The notes under the pieces were generated by a model. The model did not search any database. It was not told the origin of the DNA and was given only the letters and a program-made list of their open reading frames with translations. Below are positions 1 through 9,752 of a stretch of 64,000 bases of DNA, piece after piece (position 1 is the first letter of the stretch; each line of letters starts with the position of its first letter). Position numbers and translations under genes: made by a program. The DNA comes from Bdellovibrionota bacterium (lineage in GTDB: Bacteria > Bdellovibrionota > FAC87 > UBA2466 > JACKAF01): contig JBGSIC010000032.1 of assembly GCA_041751875.1 (NCBI GenBank), forward strand, positions 41,118-105,117, written 5' to 3'.

Positions 1-2
1 GG

Positions 3-323
3 ACAAAAGACGAACGAGTCGTTCCGCTAAACGGTGAGCAAACTTTGGAGCAGTTTGCCCATTTGAACGCGCATGTGGACCCCGCGCTGAAGGCCCTTTT
101 TCCTCTCGTCCCTTATCGGACTGAGAGTATCCAAGAGTCTTCCAAGCTCTCCTTTCTAGTGCGTGATTACGGAATGGAGGAAGAGCTTCTACTGCGGCAC
201 GTTTCGGTCGAGGGGCTAGGTCACGCTTGGAGCGGAGGACCGGTGGGGGTTGTCCATAGTGACCCGCTGGGCCCCGATGCGACTGCTTTGGCGTTGGAGT
301 TTTTTAAAGAAGTGTCTCGTTAG
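3..323 (+). CDS. C-terminal part of a PHB depolymerase/LpqC-family esterase (5' end outside window)
   Basis: Frame is open from base 3 (TKDERVVPLNGEQTLEQF, a catalytic Asp region) and contains GLGHAWSGG...DPLGPDATALALEFF, typical of the PHB depolymerase esterase C-terminus. Confidence 0.75.
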   Translation, partial: TKDERVVPLNGEQTLEQFAHLNAHVDPALKALFPLVPYRTESIQESSKLSFLVRDYGMEEELLLRHVSVEGLGHAWSGGPVGVVHSDPLGPDATALALEFFKEVSR

Positions 324-332
324 AACCATTGG

Positions 333-1199
333 TCAGTTGCCTACCCATTTTCTGATACCAGGCCAGTAGGCTTGGAGAAGACAGTAGAATCGCGGATAAA
401 CTTTCGCACCAAGCGGTAAACGGAAGCACCAATAGGCAACCCACATCGCAAATGAGCGCGCCGATCCTAGGGGAACATTGAAATGAATAAGTTTCTCTTT
501 TCTTAGGTCGGTTCCGTAGCGAATGTCGCGCACTTGGAAGTTGTAGCGAGTATCTTGTGCCGCGACCAAACCGTTTTTTGCCATCCACAAGTTAATCAAA
601 GACTGATCCTGATAGAGAAAGTATTCCTTGTAGCGGTCCCCAAGTTTTAGCAGGAGATTGTACTGGCTTTTCGTTCGCACGGATTTCGGAATGACCATCA
701 TTCCTGTATTGCCCGTTTCCCCAATAACGATGTTGTCTTCTCTTAGCAGCCGTTTCACCTCCTCCTGGTCTTGCTTCTTGAGAAGGGGCGTCGAACGTGA
801 CATCGTGTCTCGTACGCAGAAAAATTGGTCTTTTTCGAATAGCTCAGAAAGTGAGCCCATTACAATGGTGTCCACATCTAAATAGAGTACATTGTCGAAT
901 TCCAGATGCAGTTCATTCCAGATACCCAGGCGAGAATAGACTGTGACGGGAGTTGTCTTGCCGGTGTATCTCTCCATCAGCGGAAAATCCTTGAAATGCT
1001 CTGGCTCCAGATTTTTACAATAAACATCTTTAAAACTTTCCAACCAAGCAACCTGACTCGCTGACAATCCAAGTTGGTAAACATACACGGGTGGGTGGTC
1101 AGGGAAGTTATTGTCCAGACTCTTGATGAAGATCTTGGCTTCTCGAAACACATTCTGATCGAGAGAGCAGAAGATAAGGTTTTTGGTGGGATGACTCAC
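333..1199 (-). CDS. Glycosyltransferase family 8 protein
   Basis: YSRL, VLYLDVDTIV (DxD), NTGMM, DQSLIN and IHF motifs of GT8. Confidence 0.8.
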   Translation of the reverse strand: MSHPTKNLIFCSLDQNVFREAKIFIKSLDNNFPDHPPVYVYQLGLSASQVAWLESFKDVYCKNLEPEHFKDFPLMERYTGKTTPVTVYSRLGIWNELHLEFDNVLYLDVDTIVMGSLSELFEKDQFFCVRDTMSRSTPLLKKQDQEEVKRLLREDNIVIGETGNTGMMVIPKSVRTKSQYNLLLKLGDRYKEYFLYQDQSLINLWMAKNGLVAAQDTRYNFQVRDIRYGTDLRKEKLIHFNVPLGSARSFAMWVAYWCFRLPLGAKVYPRFYCLLQAYWPGIRKWVGN

Positions 1200-2155
1200 G
1201 ATGCTTTTTTAAACGAAGATAGCCTTCGAGCGACCTTTCCTGAGAAACGTTTGGCGAAGTATTTTACTCGTCCTACCCCGCTGTGAGGTAGGGTATCGAA
1301 CTTCTGCCAATAGGCGACAGGCAGTGTTTGGTGCATCTCTTTAAATGTTTTAAACCAGATTTGACCTGCCTCCGTTGCGCGGTTTCGGCCTAGTCGTTTG
1401 CCAAATGGCTCATACCCGTCCGCGAAGTAGTGAATAATTTTTGCTTCCGATAGGGCCGTCTTTCGGAAAATATTATCTGCGGGGCAGTTCCATTCTTCTT
1501 CCGCAAGATAGTGCGGGTAACGTGCGATGAGCAGATTGGCCAGAGACTCGTCAATGAGCTCAATACCGCGCCCTTTCTCAATTAGGCGCGAATACTCTTC
1601 AAAAAAGGGCAGTCCTTTTGGTTGGCTGAGGCCCATCACACCCACGTTCACATCAATTCGGTCGAGCAGTAAACGCTTTCTGGCTTTCTCGATTTCTTCG
1701 GGAGTGAACAAATGATTGATACTTTCAATGCGACGAAGACGACTTCCAAATTCCTGTTTCTCGGGCCTTCCATACGCGCCGTACGGATTGGGATAAAAGC
1801 GAGTGACTAGCAGACCATGCTGCTCGGTGGGAGCAAACAGGGGCTCCGGAGATGCTTGGAATAGCAAATCACTGTCGAAGGCCAGGGTCGTCGCGTACGG
1901 GCTTTGGTCGAATACCAAAGTACGCAAACTGGAATAAGTGTTATCGCCTAAGTGGAAGGTCTTGAAATTCAGGTTCAAGGGGGCAAGGTCGCGTTCAAGT
2001 TTTTCACGGTAAGGCGCGTTGTCGAGTAGAACGGTTACCTCACCTGAATAGTGGAGGCGGAGCGAATAAACCGCTACCAATAGGTTGTTGATGCATTTCG
2101 TCCCGAAGTTAAAAAAGACGCAACCTTTTGAGAGTTTCTTCATGCTGGCGCTCAT
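1196..2155 (-). CDS. GT-A fold glycosyltransferase-like protein
   Basis: SPY..TLAFDSDLLF (DxD), NVGVMG, DE and WNC...IIHY motifs; 4-bp overlap with the GT8 gene. Confidence 0.6.
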   Translation of the reverse strand: MSASMKKLSKGCVFFNFGTKCINNLLVAVYSLRLHYSGEVTVLLDNAPYREKLERDLAPLNLNFKTFHLGDNTYSSLRTLVFDQSPYATTLAFDSDLLFQASPEPLFAPTEQHGLLVTRFYPNPYGAYGRPEKQEFGSRLRRIESINHLFTPEEIEKARKRLLLDRIDVNVGVMGLSQPKGLPFFEEYSRLIEKGRGIELIDESLANLLIARYPHYLAEEEWNCPADNIFRKTALSEAKIIHYFADGYEPFGKRLGRNRATEAGQIWFKTFKEMHQTLPVAYWQKFDTLPHSGVGRVKYFAKRFSGKVARRLSSFKKAS

Positions 2156-2261
2156 ACAAACAATTTAGGACTTCAGGTTCTGTTCGACAGAATGTGAGTT
2201 TATCTTGAGAAAAAGTTCATTATACTTGAACCTAAGTTAGCACAATATTCAGAATTACTTA

Positions 2262-3338
2262 ATGCGCCGCATACGAGTCATAGGTATCATTGGAGCCATC
2301 ACCGGCCTCCTATTTTTAGCTGCAGATTTCACGCTCACCCATCTTTCTTATCGCCTTTCAAAAACGTCCAAGAACTCCAACCCTTCTTTGATTCGTGTTG
2401 CTTCCCCCATTTATCATCACGGCTTAATGCCGAGTAGGGCCGAAACTGACTACACCTATGGCCCCTTTCGTTTTTCCCTCGTGACAAACTCTCTGGGATT
2501 TCGAGACAAAAGCACTCGCACCGTTCCCAAACGCTCCAGCCAACACCGGATTCTTTTTATCGGAGATTCCTTTACTGAGGGGCTGGGCGTAGATTTTGAA
2601 GATAGTTTTGTCGGCCAAATCTCGGAGCATTTTTCACACAAACAGGTCGAAGTACTCAACGCCGCCGTCGCTTCGTATTGTCCTATTATCTACTATCGAA
2701 AATTGAAGTATCTGATCGAAGAAGAGGGCCTTCGCTTCAATGAGGTGGTCTTGTTTATGGACATATCAGATGTTCAGGACGAAACGTTTTACCACTGGGG
2801 TGAGAACGAATCGGTTCAAGGACCTCAGTCTCCCTGGCATATCTCCGACGCTCATCAAAAAGGGCGGGTCGGTTACTTCCTTCATCTCCATTTTCGCCTG
2901 ACAAGTTATGTTTACGAAAAAATTTGGTGTGTGCTGCAACCGCGGCGATGCTTGCGCCCGCCTGTTGGCTACATGCGGGCTCGGTGGGCCACCGATGCGC
3001 TAGCCTATGAAGCCTTCGGCAAGAAGGGACTGGAGTTGTCCCTACGACACATGGATCGGCTATGGGATTTACTTCAGAAAAATAGCATCAAGCTGACTCT
3101 TGCGGTGTACCCCTGGCCCGATCAAATTTTAGACGGGGAATTGGACTCCCTCTATGTAAGCACCTGGCGGAACTGGTCCCAGGATCGAGGGGTAACCTTT
3201 TTAGATTTTTTTCCCGCTTTTATTGGCGAGGAAGACAATAGTGAAACTATCAAAAAGTACTTTTTCGCGGATGACGTGCACTGGAATCGCCTAGGTCATA
3301 AGAAAGTGGCGGACACATTCTTTACGCTCTACAAGTAA
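2262..3338 (+). CDS. SGNH/GDSL hydrolase family protein with N-terminal membrane anchor
   Basis: NSLGFRD, FIGDSFTEG (block I), VLNAAVASY and DVHWNRLGH (DxH). Confidence 0.8.
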   Translation: MRRIRVIGIIGAITGLLFLAADFTLTHLSYRLSKTSKNSNPSLIRVASPIYHHGLMPSRAETDYTYGPFRFSLVTNSLGFRDKSTRTVPKRSSQHRILFIGDSFTEGLGVDFEDSFVGQISEHFSHKQVEVLNAAVASYCPIIYYRKLKYLIEEEGLRFNEVVLFMDISDVQDETFYHWGENESVQGPQSPWHISDAHQKGRVGYFLHLHFRLTSYVYEKIWCVLQPRRCLRPPVGYMRARWATDALAYEAFGKKGLELSLRHMDRLWDLLQKNSIKLTLAVYPWPDQILDGELDSLYVSTWRNWSQDRGVTFLDFFPAFIGEEDNSETIKKYFFADDVHWNRLGHKKVADTFFTLYK

Positions 3339-3375
3339 ACAAATCTCAAAAGAGAAAAATACTTCTCCAGTTTCT

Positions 3376-5337
3376 CTAGTCACTAAAAAGAAAAATCTTC
3401 GGGCGCACGTCTTCCTCCGGAGTCCATTCCCAGTAGCGTACTAAGATCGTATAAATCAATAGTCCCGTCTCACCCTCTCCAAAGAAAAGGTACTTCAAAG
3501 CCTGGGTCATAAGATTTTGACGTGTGAGACCAATAAAAATGCTCAGCGGATCGAGAAGTTCACTGATGTAGGCAATGCTGTTGGCGACTGCGAGGGCGCC
3601 ATACACATTAATAATATAATTGTCCCCCACCTTTCGGACTCGCGTACGCAAAGGCGAATAAAATTCACTGCGATTATCCACAAGATGAACGTGGGTAAAA
3701 GCGATAGGGCCTTTTATGTGATAATACTTTCTGAGTTGGCGTTCCTTATGTTTTCGAGCCTCCTCAGTGTTGGTAACTGTTGGAGCTAGATGGACTTTTT
3801 TGAATGTGATGTCCTGCCAGTGTTGCCAAGACTCCTCGTCTTTGAACGCCAATTCACTTACGCGTAATTCAGTAGCACGCAAATAGCGGCTCAACGCACC
3901 GGAAAAAATGACCAAAAGAATAAAGGCACCCGCGATAATGGCCCCGTCAGGGCGGATTAGAATGTTTTCGATAAGTGTGTAGAGAAACAGGGCGGAAATG
4001 GCCCAGAAAAAAAAGCTCTTAATAAGATCGCTTTTCACCTTAGATTTTCTGTGTTCGCGTTTGAAAGAAACAGCGACCGCAACCGACGCCGATAATATAA
4101 GAACCAAGACCCCCGTGGCGTACGCTCCTCCTTGCGCTTCTACGTCCGCTTTGAAAAACCAAGTCACGAGAAGAGTAATGAAAAACAAAACCATCACCAA
4201 GGGCCGACGAAACGCAATGGATCGGGGAGCCATCCCGAATCGTGGCAAATAGCGAGGGATGAGATTAAGCAGGCCGGCCATTGCCGAGGCTCCCGCAAAC
4301 CACAGAATCAAAATGGTGCTCACATCGTAAACGGTTCCGAAAAATTCTCCGAGAAGCTCATGTGCCAAATACGCAATGGCGCGGCCCGAAGCAGGGCCTC
4401 CCGCTTGGTACGCTTGGGGAGGAATCAAACAGGCGGTAACAAAGCTGGAAAGCAGTAAAAACGAACTCATGATCAGAGCGGCAGCCAAAAGGAGATGGTG
4501 AGTGGACCGGATGCGTTCGGTAGGTTTTGTTTCTTCTGGGTCGGTCGCTTCTCCTTTGATGAGCGGCATCACAGAAACACCCGTCTCAAACCCGCTCATT
4601 CCCAGCGCGAGCTTGGGAAATACGAGAGCCGCCACGATAAGGATATCCGTTAAGCTTCCCGTGGCCCAAAGGCCAGTCATCCACTGATTTAATAGTTCGG
4701 GCCGATCGATAATGTGTTTTAGCCCCACCAAGAGAACAATTAAGTTCAGAACGAGAAACGGAATGGCGATGGCGGCAGCCAGACTGATGGCTTCTTTAAA
4801 CCCGCGCATAAAGACGGCCGCCAGCAGAAATAGGAGCAAACATGTTATGAGAATCTCGTGTCCATCTAGATAAGGATGTAGAATTGGGTTTTCAATCGCG
4901 TGAACAGCCGCGTCAGCGGCCGACAAGGTCATCGTGATGACAAAGTCCGTGGCGGCAAATCCGAGAAGGACTAGAACAACAATTTTGCTGGTCCAGCCAC
5001 CAAAGAGTGTTTCCAGAAGTGCGATGGATCCTTGACCGGCGAAAGATCTTTTGGCGACTTGAGAGTAAACGGGTAAGGCGCCAAAGAGGGTGATCAGAAC
5101 GAGAAATACCGTAGCCACGGGTGACAAAAAACCCGCGGCAATCAGTGCAATTCCAGGCTGATAGCCCAGGGTGGAAAAGTAGTCCACCCCGGTGAGCCAG
5201 AGAACCTTGTACCAAGGGTACTCGTGCGATTTGACCTTTTGTGGACCAAATTCTTCGTCCTGCAGCAAGAATTTTCCCAGCCAAGTTTCTGGCTTGGCGG
5301 TCGCGCGCATGGGAAGTGGAAGAGCGATTCTTTTCAT
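3376..5337 (-). CDS. APC-superfamily amino acid/cation transporter
   Basis: About 12 hydrophobic segments, with GVDYFSTLGYQPG, ALGMSGFETG and GGAYATGVL motifs. Confidence 0.75.
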   Translation of the reverse strand: MKRIALPLPMRATAKPETWLGKFLLQDEEFGPQKVKSHEYPWYKVLWLTGVDYFSTLGYQPGIALIAAGFLSPVATVFLVLITLFGALPVYSQVAKRSFAGQGSIALLETLFGGWTSKIVVLVLLGFAATDFVITMTLSAADAAVHAIENPILHPYLDGHEILITCLLLFLLAAVFMRGFKEAISLAAAIAIPFLVLNLIVLLVGLKHIIDRPELLNQWMTGLWATGSLTDILIVAALVFPKLALGMSGFETGVSVMPLIKGEATDPEETKPTERIRSTHHLLLAAALIMSSFLLLSSFVTACLIPPQAYQAGGPASGRAIAYLAHELLGEFFGTVYDVSTILILWFAGASAMAGLLNLIPRYLPRFGMAPRSIAFRRPLVMVLFFITLLVTWFFKADVEAQGGAYATGVLVLILSASVAVAVSFKREHRKSKVKSDLIKSFFFWAISALFLYTLIENILIRPDGAIIAGAFILLVIFSGALSRYLRATELRVSELAFKDEESWQHWQDITFKKVHLAPTVTNTEEARKHKERQLRKYYHIKGPIAFTHVHLVDNRSEFYSPLRTRVRKVGDNYIINVYGALAVANSIAYISELLDPLSIFIGLTRQNLMTQALKYLFFGEGETGLLIYTILVRYWEWTPEEDVRPKIFLFSD

Positions 5338-5414
5338 GGCTGGTAAAGGCCTATCATACTGACGTTTCCACTATTTGTACCATTTTAATCTTGTCGCGAA
5401 TCGTAGGAGGAAGG

Positions 5415-6452
5415 TTATTTGTGTTCGTCGCGCATTGCCAAGAGAAACGTGGCCACGTTCTTGCCTAACCAGCGCGTGGCGTAGCCGCCTTCTTGCACTA
5501 CCACGGTGGGAAGATTAAGCGCGGCAAAGCGAGAGGCAACTAAGGCAAAATCACTGGTTTCGAGTTTAAAATCTCCGATCGGATCTTCCTTAAATGTGTC
5601 AAAGCCGGCCGAGAGCACCAGGCTTTTGGGAGCAAAGCTTTTGAGTACGGGAATAACCTTGCGATCCAGAATACGTAAATACCCTTGTCCATCGCACCCT
5701 CCGGGAACGGGAAGGTTTAAGGTAAACCCTTTTCCCCGTCCGATTCCCTTTTCCGTCGCGTAGCCTGAAAAGAACGGGTAGTAGTCTTGGGGATCACCGT
5801 GAACGGAAATAAAAAGGACTCGATCATCCTTATAAAAAAGACTCTGCGTGCCGTTGCCATGGTGAAAATCGATATCCACAATCGCCACCCTTCCGGCCGA
5901 TTTTAATTGCGTGGCGGCGATCGCGGCGTTGTTAAAATAGCAATAACCTCCAAATAGGTTTTTAGAGGCGTGGTGGCCAGGGGGACGAGAAAGAGCGTAA
6001 GAAATCTGGGCTTTTCCGCTGCGAACCAACTTAGCGGCGCTGTAGGCGGCCGACGCGCTCCAGTAGGCGGCATCCCAAGCTTTAGAAGTCAGAGGCGTAC
6101 CCGAGTCGAAACAATAGTAACCGGCTTGTTTAATAGAATTGGCGTTGGCTTCCACCTGATCGCGGCGCGGAAACACACTGGGATAAACCGTGGCGCCCCG
6201 GGGGAGTTTGGAAGCGGTCTTAAGCAGTTTCACCAGCGCTGGGTTGTGAAGCGCCGCAATTTTTTGTTGGGGCAGTGGAGAGGGGCGGTGAACGGAAAAA
6301 GCTGAGCTGTTTTTTTTGATAGCGGCAAGGATACGTTCGGCTCGGTTGGTCGTTTCGGGGTGATCCATCTTTGTTCCAAACGCCCATTCATATAAGGGAC
6401 GGTGCTTGAATTGTTCAGGATGAAAAAAAACCTTCAGTAATGGCTTAGGCAT
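5415..6452 (-). CDS. Histone deacetylase family protein (acetylpolyamine amidohydrolase-like)
   Basis: HPE, RPPGHHA, GYCYFNNAA, DIDFHHGNGTQ, SAGFD and QEGGY motifs. Confidence 0.9.
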   Translation of the reverse strand: MPKPLLKVFFHPEQFKHRPLYEWAFGTKMDHPETTNRAERILAAIKKNSSAFSVHRPSPLPQQKIAALHNPALVKLLKTASKLPRGATVYPSVFPRRDQVEANANSIKQAGYYCFDSGTPLTSKAWDAAYWSASAAYSAAKLVRSGKAQISYALSRPPGHHASKNLFGGYCYFNNAAIAATQLKSAGRVAIVDIDFHHGNGTQSLFYKDDRVLFISVHGDPQDYYPFFSGYATEKGIGRGKGFTLNLPVPGGCDGQGYLRILDRKVIPVLKSFAPKSLVLSAGFDTFKEDPIGDFKLETSDFALVASRFAALNLPTVVVQEGGYATRWLGKNVATFLLAMRDEHK

Positions 6453-7107
6453 TCGTGTTTCCTATCAGACGTCCTTTAGACATACTAAGACGGCGCGTAC
6501 AAAAAAGGTCTAAAAAACTGATATCGTGGCTCACTACCAGAATTTGACTCCTTTTATTTAATCGTTCCAAAAGAACAGCTAGGTCCTTTGATGTTTTGGC
6601 ATCGAGCGCTGCGCTCGGTTCGTCTAGCAGGAGTAGGCGGGGCGATAGGATTAGGCTCCGGGCCAGAGCGACGCGCTGACGTTGTCCACCGCTAAGCTCA
6701 TGTGGGTACCGGTCTGCCAGCTGATCCATATGGAGTTCAGCGAGCAATTCTTGGGCCGACTCCGCCGCCCCTTTTATTTGATGCAGTTTAGTCGCCAACA
6801 GAATGTTCTCGCGCACACTGAAGTGGGGAAAAAGCTGATAATCTTGAAAGACAAGCCCCACAATGCGCGCGCGCTCGCGGTTCGTGATCCCCGAAATGGG
6901 TTGGCTCTGTACGCGAATAGTTCCCGCATGAGGTGCAAGTAGTCCGGCAATGGCGAATAAAAGCGTGCTTTTCCCGGAACCACTTTCTCCCGTAATGGCA
7001 AAGGGAGCTCCGGCAGATACGGACAGCGAAAGATGAGAAAGAATTTCGTTTGCTCCACGCCGCACCGTTAACGAATCGATTTCCAGCAAGGAAGAATCAA
7101 GGGACAT
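6445..7107 (-). CDS. ABC transporter ATP-binding protein (polar amino acid type)
   Basis: Walker A GESGSGKS, LSGGQRQR and LLLDEP; start moved to ATG at 7107, overlapping the permease stop. Confidence 0.9.
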   Translation of the reverse strand: MSLDSSLLEIDSLTVRRGANEILSHLSLSVSAGAPFAITGESGSGKSTLLFAIAGLLAPHAGTIRVQSQPISGITNRERARIVGLVFQDYQLFPHFSVRENILLATKLHQIKGAAESAQELLAELHMDQLADRYPHELSGGQRQRVALARSLILSPRLLLLDEPSAALDAKTSKDLAVLLERLNKRSQILVVSHDISFLDLFCTRRLSMSKGRLIGNTNA

Positions 7108-8518
7108 GTAAAAGTCCCTTCCGCGCGTAGGCCCGTTCCAAACGGCGGCCCAAGATGAGCAGGGGATAAGTGACACAGAAGTAAAGAACGGCCACCGCCG
7201 CATAAAGTTCCAAGGGACGAAAGGTGGCGCTAATGAGCTCCTGGGCCTGTAGGGTAAGCTCATGCACACTAATGACCGATACAATGGCCGAGTCTTTAAT
7301 CATCGCGACGACCGTATTTAGAGTGGGCGCGGTCAGAAGCGGCAGCATTTGGGGAAACACCACATGCCGCAAGGACTCCCACGACGAAAGACCCAGTGAT
7401 TTGGCCGCCCAACGTTGCCCGGAAGGCACGGCAAGATACGCGGTTTTCGCAATTTCGGTAAGATAGGCGGCGCTGTGCACGGCGATAGCCAAAATAGCGG
7501 CATTCCAGGCTGACATGCGGATGCCAATGGAGGGAAGGCCAAAATAAAGCGCGAAGAGCTGAACCATAAAAGGAGTCGCGCGCACAAAATCCACGGCGAC
7601 CGCTAGCGCTTTACCGATCCAACCGCCGAAGGAGAGTGTAATTAAAGTGAGTAGAGCTGAGAGAAGGATGCCTAAGCCAATGCCTTCAAAAGAAATTAAA
7701 AGCGTATCCAGAAGGCCGCGTAGTAGTAGTCGTGCCATCGCCGGCAGATTCCAAGTCTGGTTAGTGGAAACTGGCTGCTCTCCGAAATATTTTTCGTTTA
7801 GCGCCGCGTATTCGGGCGATGCTTTAAGAGCTTTCAGTTCGGTGTTTAAGTTTCCAAGTAAACTTTGATCGGAGGGGCGAACAGGGATCGCAATTCTTTC
7901 TTCAAACAAAAGCCCACCTAGCGGTTTGATGTCCGCTTCGCGACTTTTTTTCATGTATAGACCGACAAGCTTGTCGGTGATCATGGCGTCGATTCTATTC
8001 GCCTGTAAATCTTGTAATACCTCTACATCTCCCTTGTAGGTACGGATTTCGGCCTTGGGATAGCGTTGTCGCGCAAAAACGCCGTATGTTGTGCCTAGAG
8101 TCACCCCAATGCGAAACCCCGGTCGTTCGGGTTCGGGACGCGAAGTGGAAGGGACAAAAAGTTGAGCCCCGGAGAGATAATAAGGAAGGGTGAAGCGGAC
8201 CACCTGACCGCGCTCTTCGGTCACCGCCATGCTGCCAATCACGGCGTCAATACGGCCTGACAAAAGCGCGCTTAATATTCCGTCCCACTGCAAGATCTTA
8301 AATTCGCAAGGTCGCTGAAGACGAATACACAGCGCACGCGCTATATCGACGTCAAACCCCACAAGCTTGCCGTCGGCACCGAAATAGTTGAATGGTGGAT
8401 ACTTTCCCGTAAGCCCAATCCGTAGTGGTTCACTTCGTCCGAATGCCTCTTGCCAAGAGGCGACACACATAAATAATGAGAGAATAAAGGCAAGAACTCT
8501 AGGCATCACCGCGTCCAC
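7097..8518 (-). CDS. Fused polar amino acid ABC substrate-binding protein and permease
   Basis: Signal peptide, YPPFNY..GFDVDIA (SBP family 3), then RATPFMVQLF and AAYLTEI permease motifs. Confidence 0.9.
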   Translation of the reverse strand: MDAVMPRVLAFILSLFMCVASWQEAFGRSEPLRIGLTGKYPPFNYFGADGKLVGFDVDIARALCIRLQRPCEFKILQWDGILSALLSGRIDAVIGSMAVTEERGQVVRFTLPYYLSGAQLFVPSTSRPEPERPGFRIGVTLGTTYGVFARQRYPKAEIRTYKGDVEVLQDLQANRIDAMITDKLVGLYMKKSREADIKPLGGLLFEERIAIPVRPSDQSLLGNLNTELKALKASPEYAALNEKYFGEQPVSTNQTWNLPAMARLLLRGLLDTLLISFEGIGLGILLSALLTLITLSFGGWIGKALAVAVDFVRATPFMVQLFALYFGLPSIGIRMSAWNAAILAIAVHSAAYLTEIAKTAYLAVPSGQRWAAKSLGLSSWESLRHVVFPQMLPLLTAPTLNTVVAMIKDSAIVSVISVHELTLQAQELISATFRPLELYAAVAVLYFCVTYPLLILGRRLERAYARKGLLHVP

Positions 8519-9557
8519 TCGTATTAGATTTATCGAGTTTCTTTACCCATAGGTTCATATCTTCGTAGGCCCCGTAGATATCGCAGTTGTTCACCAACCG
8601 TCCTAGAAACTCGTATTCTAATCCGTAGAACACTTGATTCATTCCGAAGCTTCGGCTGCGGGCCAGCGTGTACGCGCTTCGGTAGTCTCTCGAACGCAAT
8701 TCGTTTTCCAAGAAACTTAAAATGAGGCTCATCAGACCCTTGCCTCTTTCCGACTTTACTGTCGCGCAATCAGTCAATTCAGCGGTCAGTTTTTTAGGGC
8801 GGAGTTCGGCACTGGCAGCTGCGATGATGGTGTCTTCCCGCGTGATTACGGCAAAAACACTTTCTTTCTCAAACACCGTTCGCATGTAGTCTTCGTGCAT
8901 CAAAGGCGAGGGGTAGCTTTCAAAAATGGTGCGGTATAGTTTTGTGAGGTGGGGAATGTCGTCGGGACGGGCCAAACGCAAATCATAGCCTTCGGGCAGG
9001 GATCGGCTAGTTGTTTCGAAAGGACGCGACATGATGTCTTCAATAAGAAGAATTTCTTCCAAAAGACTGCCTGAAGTCACACGGGCCTGGGACCGAAACT
9101 TACTGACTACATAAGCGTCTTCGCCCGCAAAATAGTACTTAAGGACTGCTTCGAGCACGTAACCATGTTGTAGGAATTGCTGCCAATCGTTCGTTTTCGC
9201 GTAACAAATAATTTTGTCGAAGGCGTTCGCCTCAGCAAGTCTACGAATGGAGAGAATCATTTCCGAATAGTTTGGACCGGTGTAATCCAAAATACGTATC
9301 CGCTGATTGTAATGATCCAAAAATATAGTGGCCGAGAAGTCAGGACCCGAAACTGTGTGTTCGACCCCATACACTAATCCCACAAACGTAAGCTCCTTTC
9401 CTGGTTCAAGGTAGAGAGTTACTTTTCCCATTTCTGAACGCGATTTTACCGGCAACGGCTGAATATCTGGAATATGAACTTTGATCAGTTTTTCTGAAGG
9501 ACGTTTGGAGTTCATGGAGTTGCCCTTGGATCGAAAATGAATGGCTCTATTAGACAT
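8499..9557 (-). CDS. ablB: Putative beta-lysine N-acetyltransferase (AblB/YodP family)
   Basis: LDHYNQRIRILDY, FESYPSP, ELTDCAT..RGKGLMS, TLARS.SFGMN and GRLVNNCDIYG..EDMNLWVK; true start may be ATG 9515. Confidence 0.8.
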   Translation of the reverse strand: MSNRAIHFRSKGNSMNSKRPSEKLIKVHIPDIQPLPVKSRSEMGKVTLYLEPGKELTFVGLVYGVEHTVSGPDFSATIFLDHYNQRIRILDYTGPNYSEMILSIRRLAEANAFDKIICYAKTNDWQQFLQHGYVLEAVLKYYFAGEDAYVVSKFRSQARVTSGSLLEEILLIEDIMSRPFETTSRSLPEGYDLRLARPDDIPHLTKLYRTIFESYPSPLMHEDYMRTVFEKESVFAVITREDTIIAAASAELRPKKLTAELTDCATVKSERGKGLMSLILSFLENELRSRDYRSAYTLARSRSFGMNQVFYGLEYEFLGRLVNNCDIYGAYEDMNLWVKKLDKSNTSGRGDA

Positions 9558-9752
9558 AACAGAAAAAGTGACCTGGTGACAACCCGCGGAGGGAGAAAAA
9601 CGGGTAATGCTCCGTATTAGAGAATTCTGTTTTGTTCAGAAGCAAAATCTACCGTCGAGAAATAAACTGACCCCGCTCTCATCTTATTAGAATTGTTTTT
9701 CTGACCCTACAGGGTTGCGCCTCACGCTGATAACGTTACACTTAATCTCATT

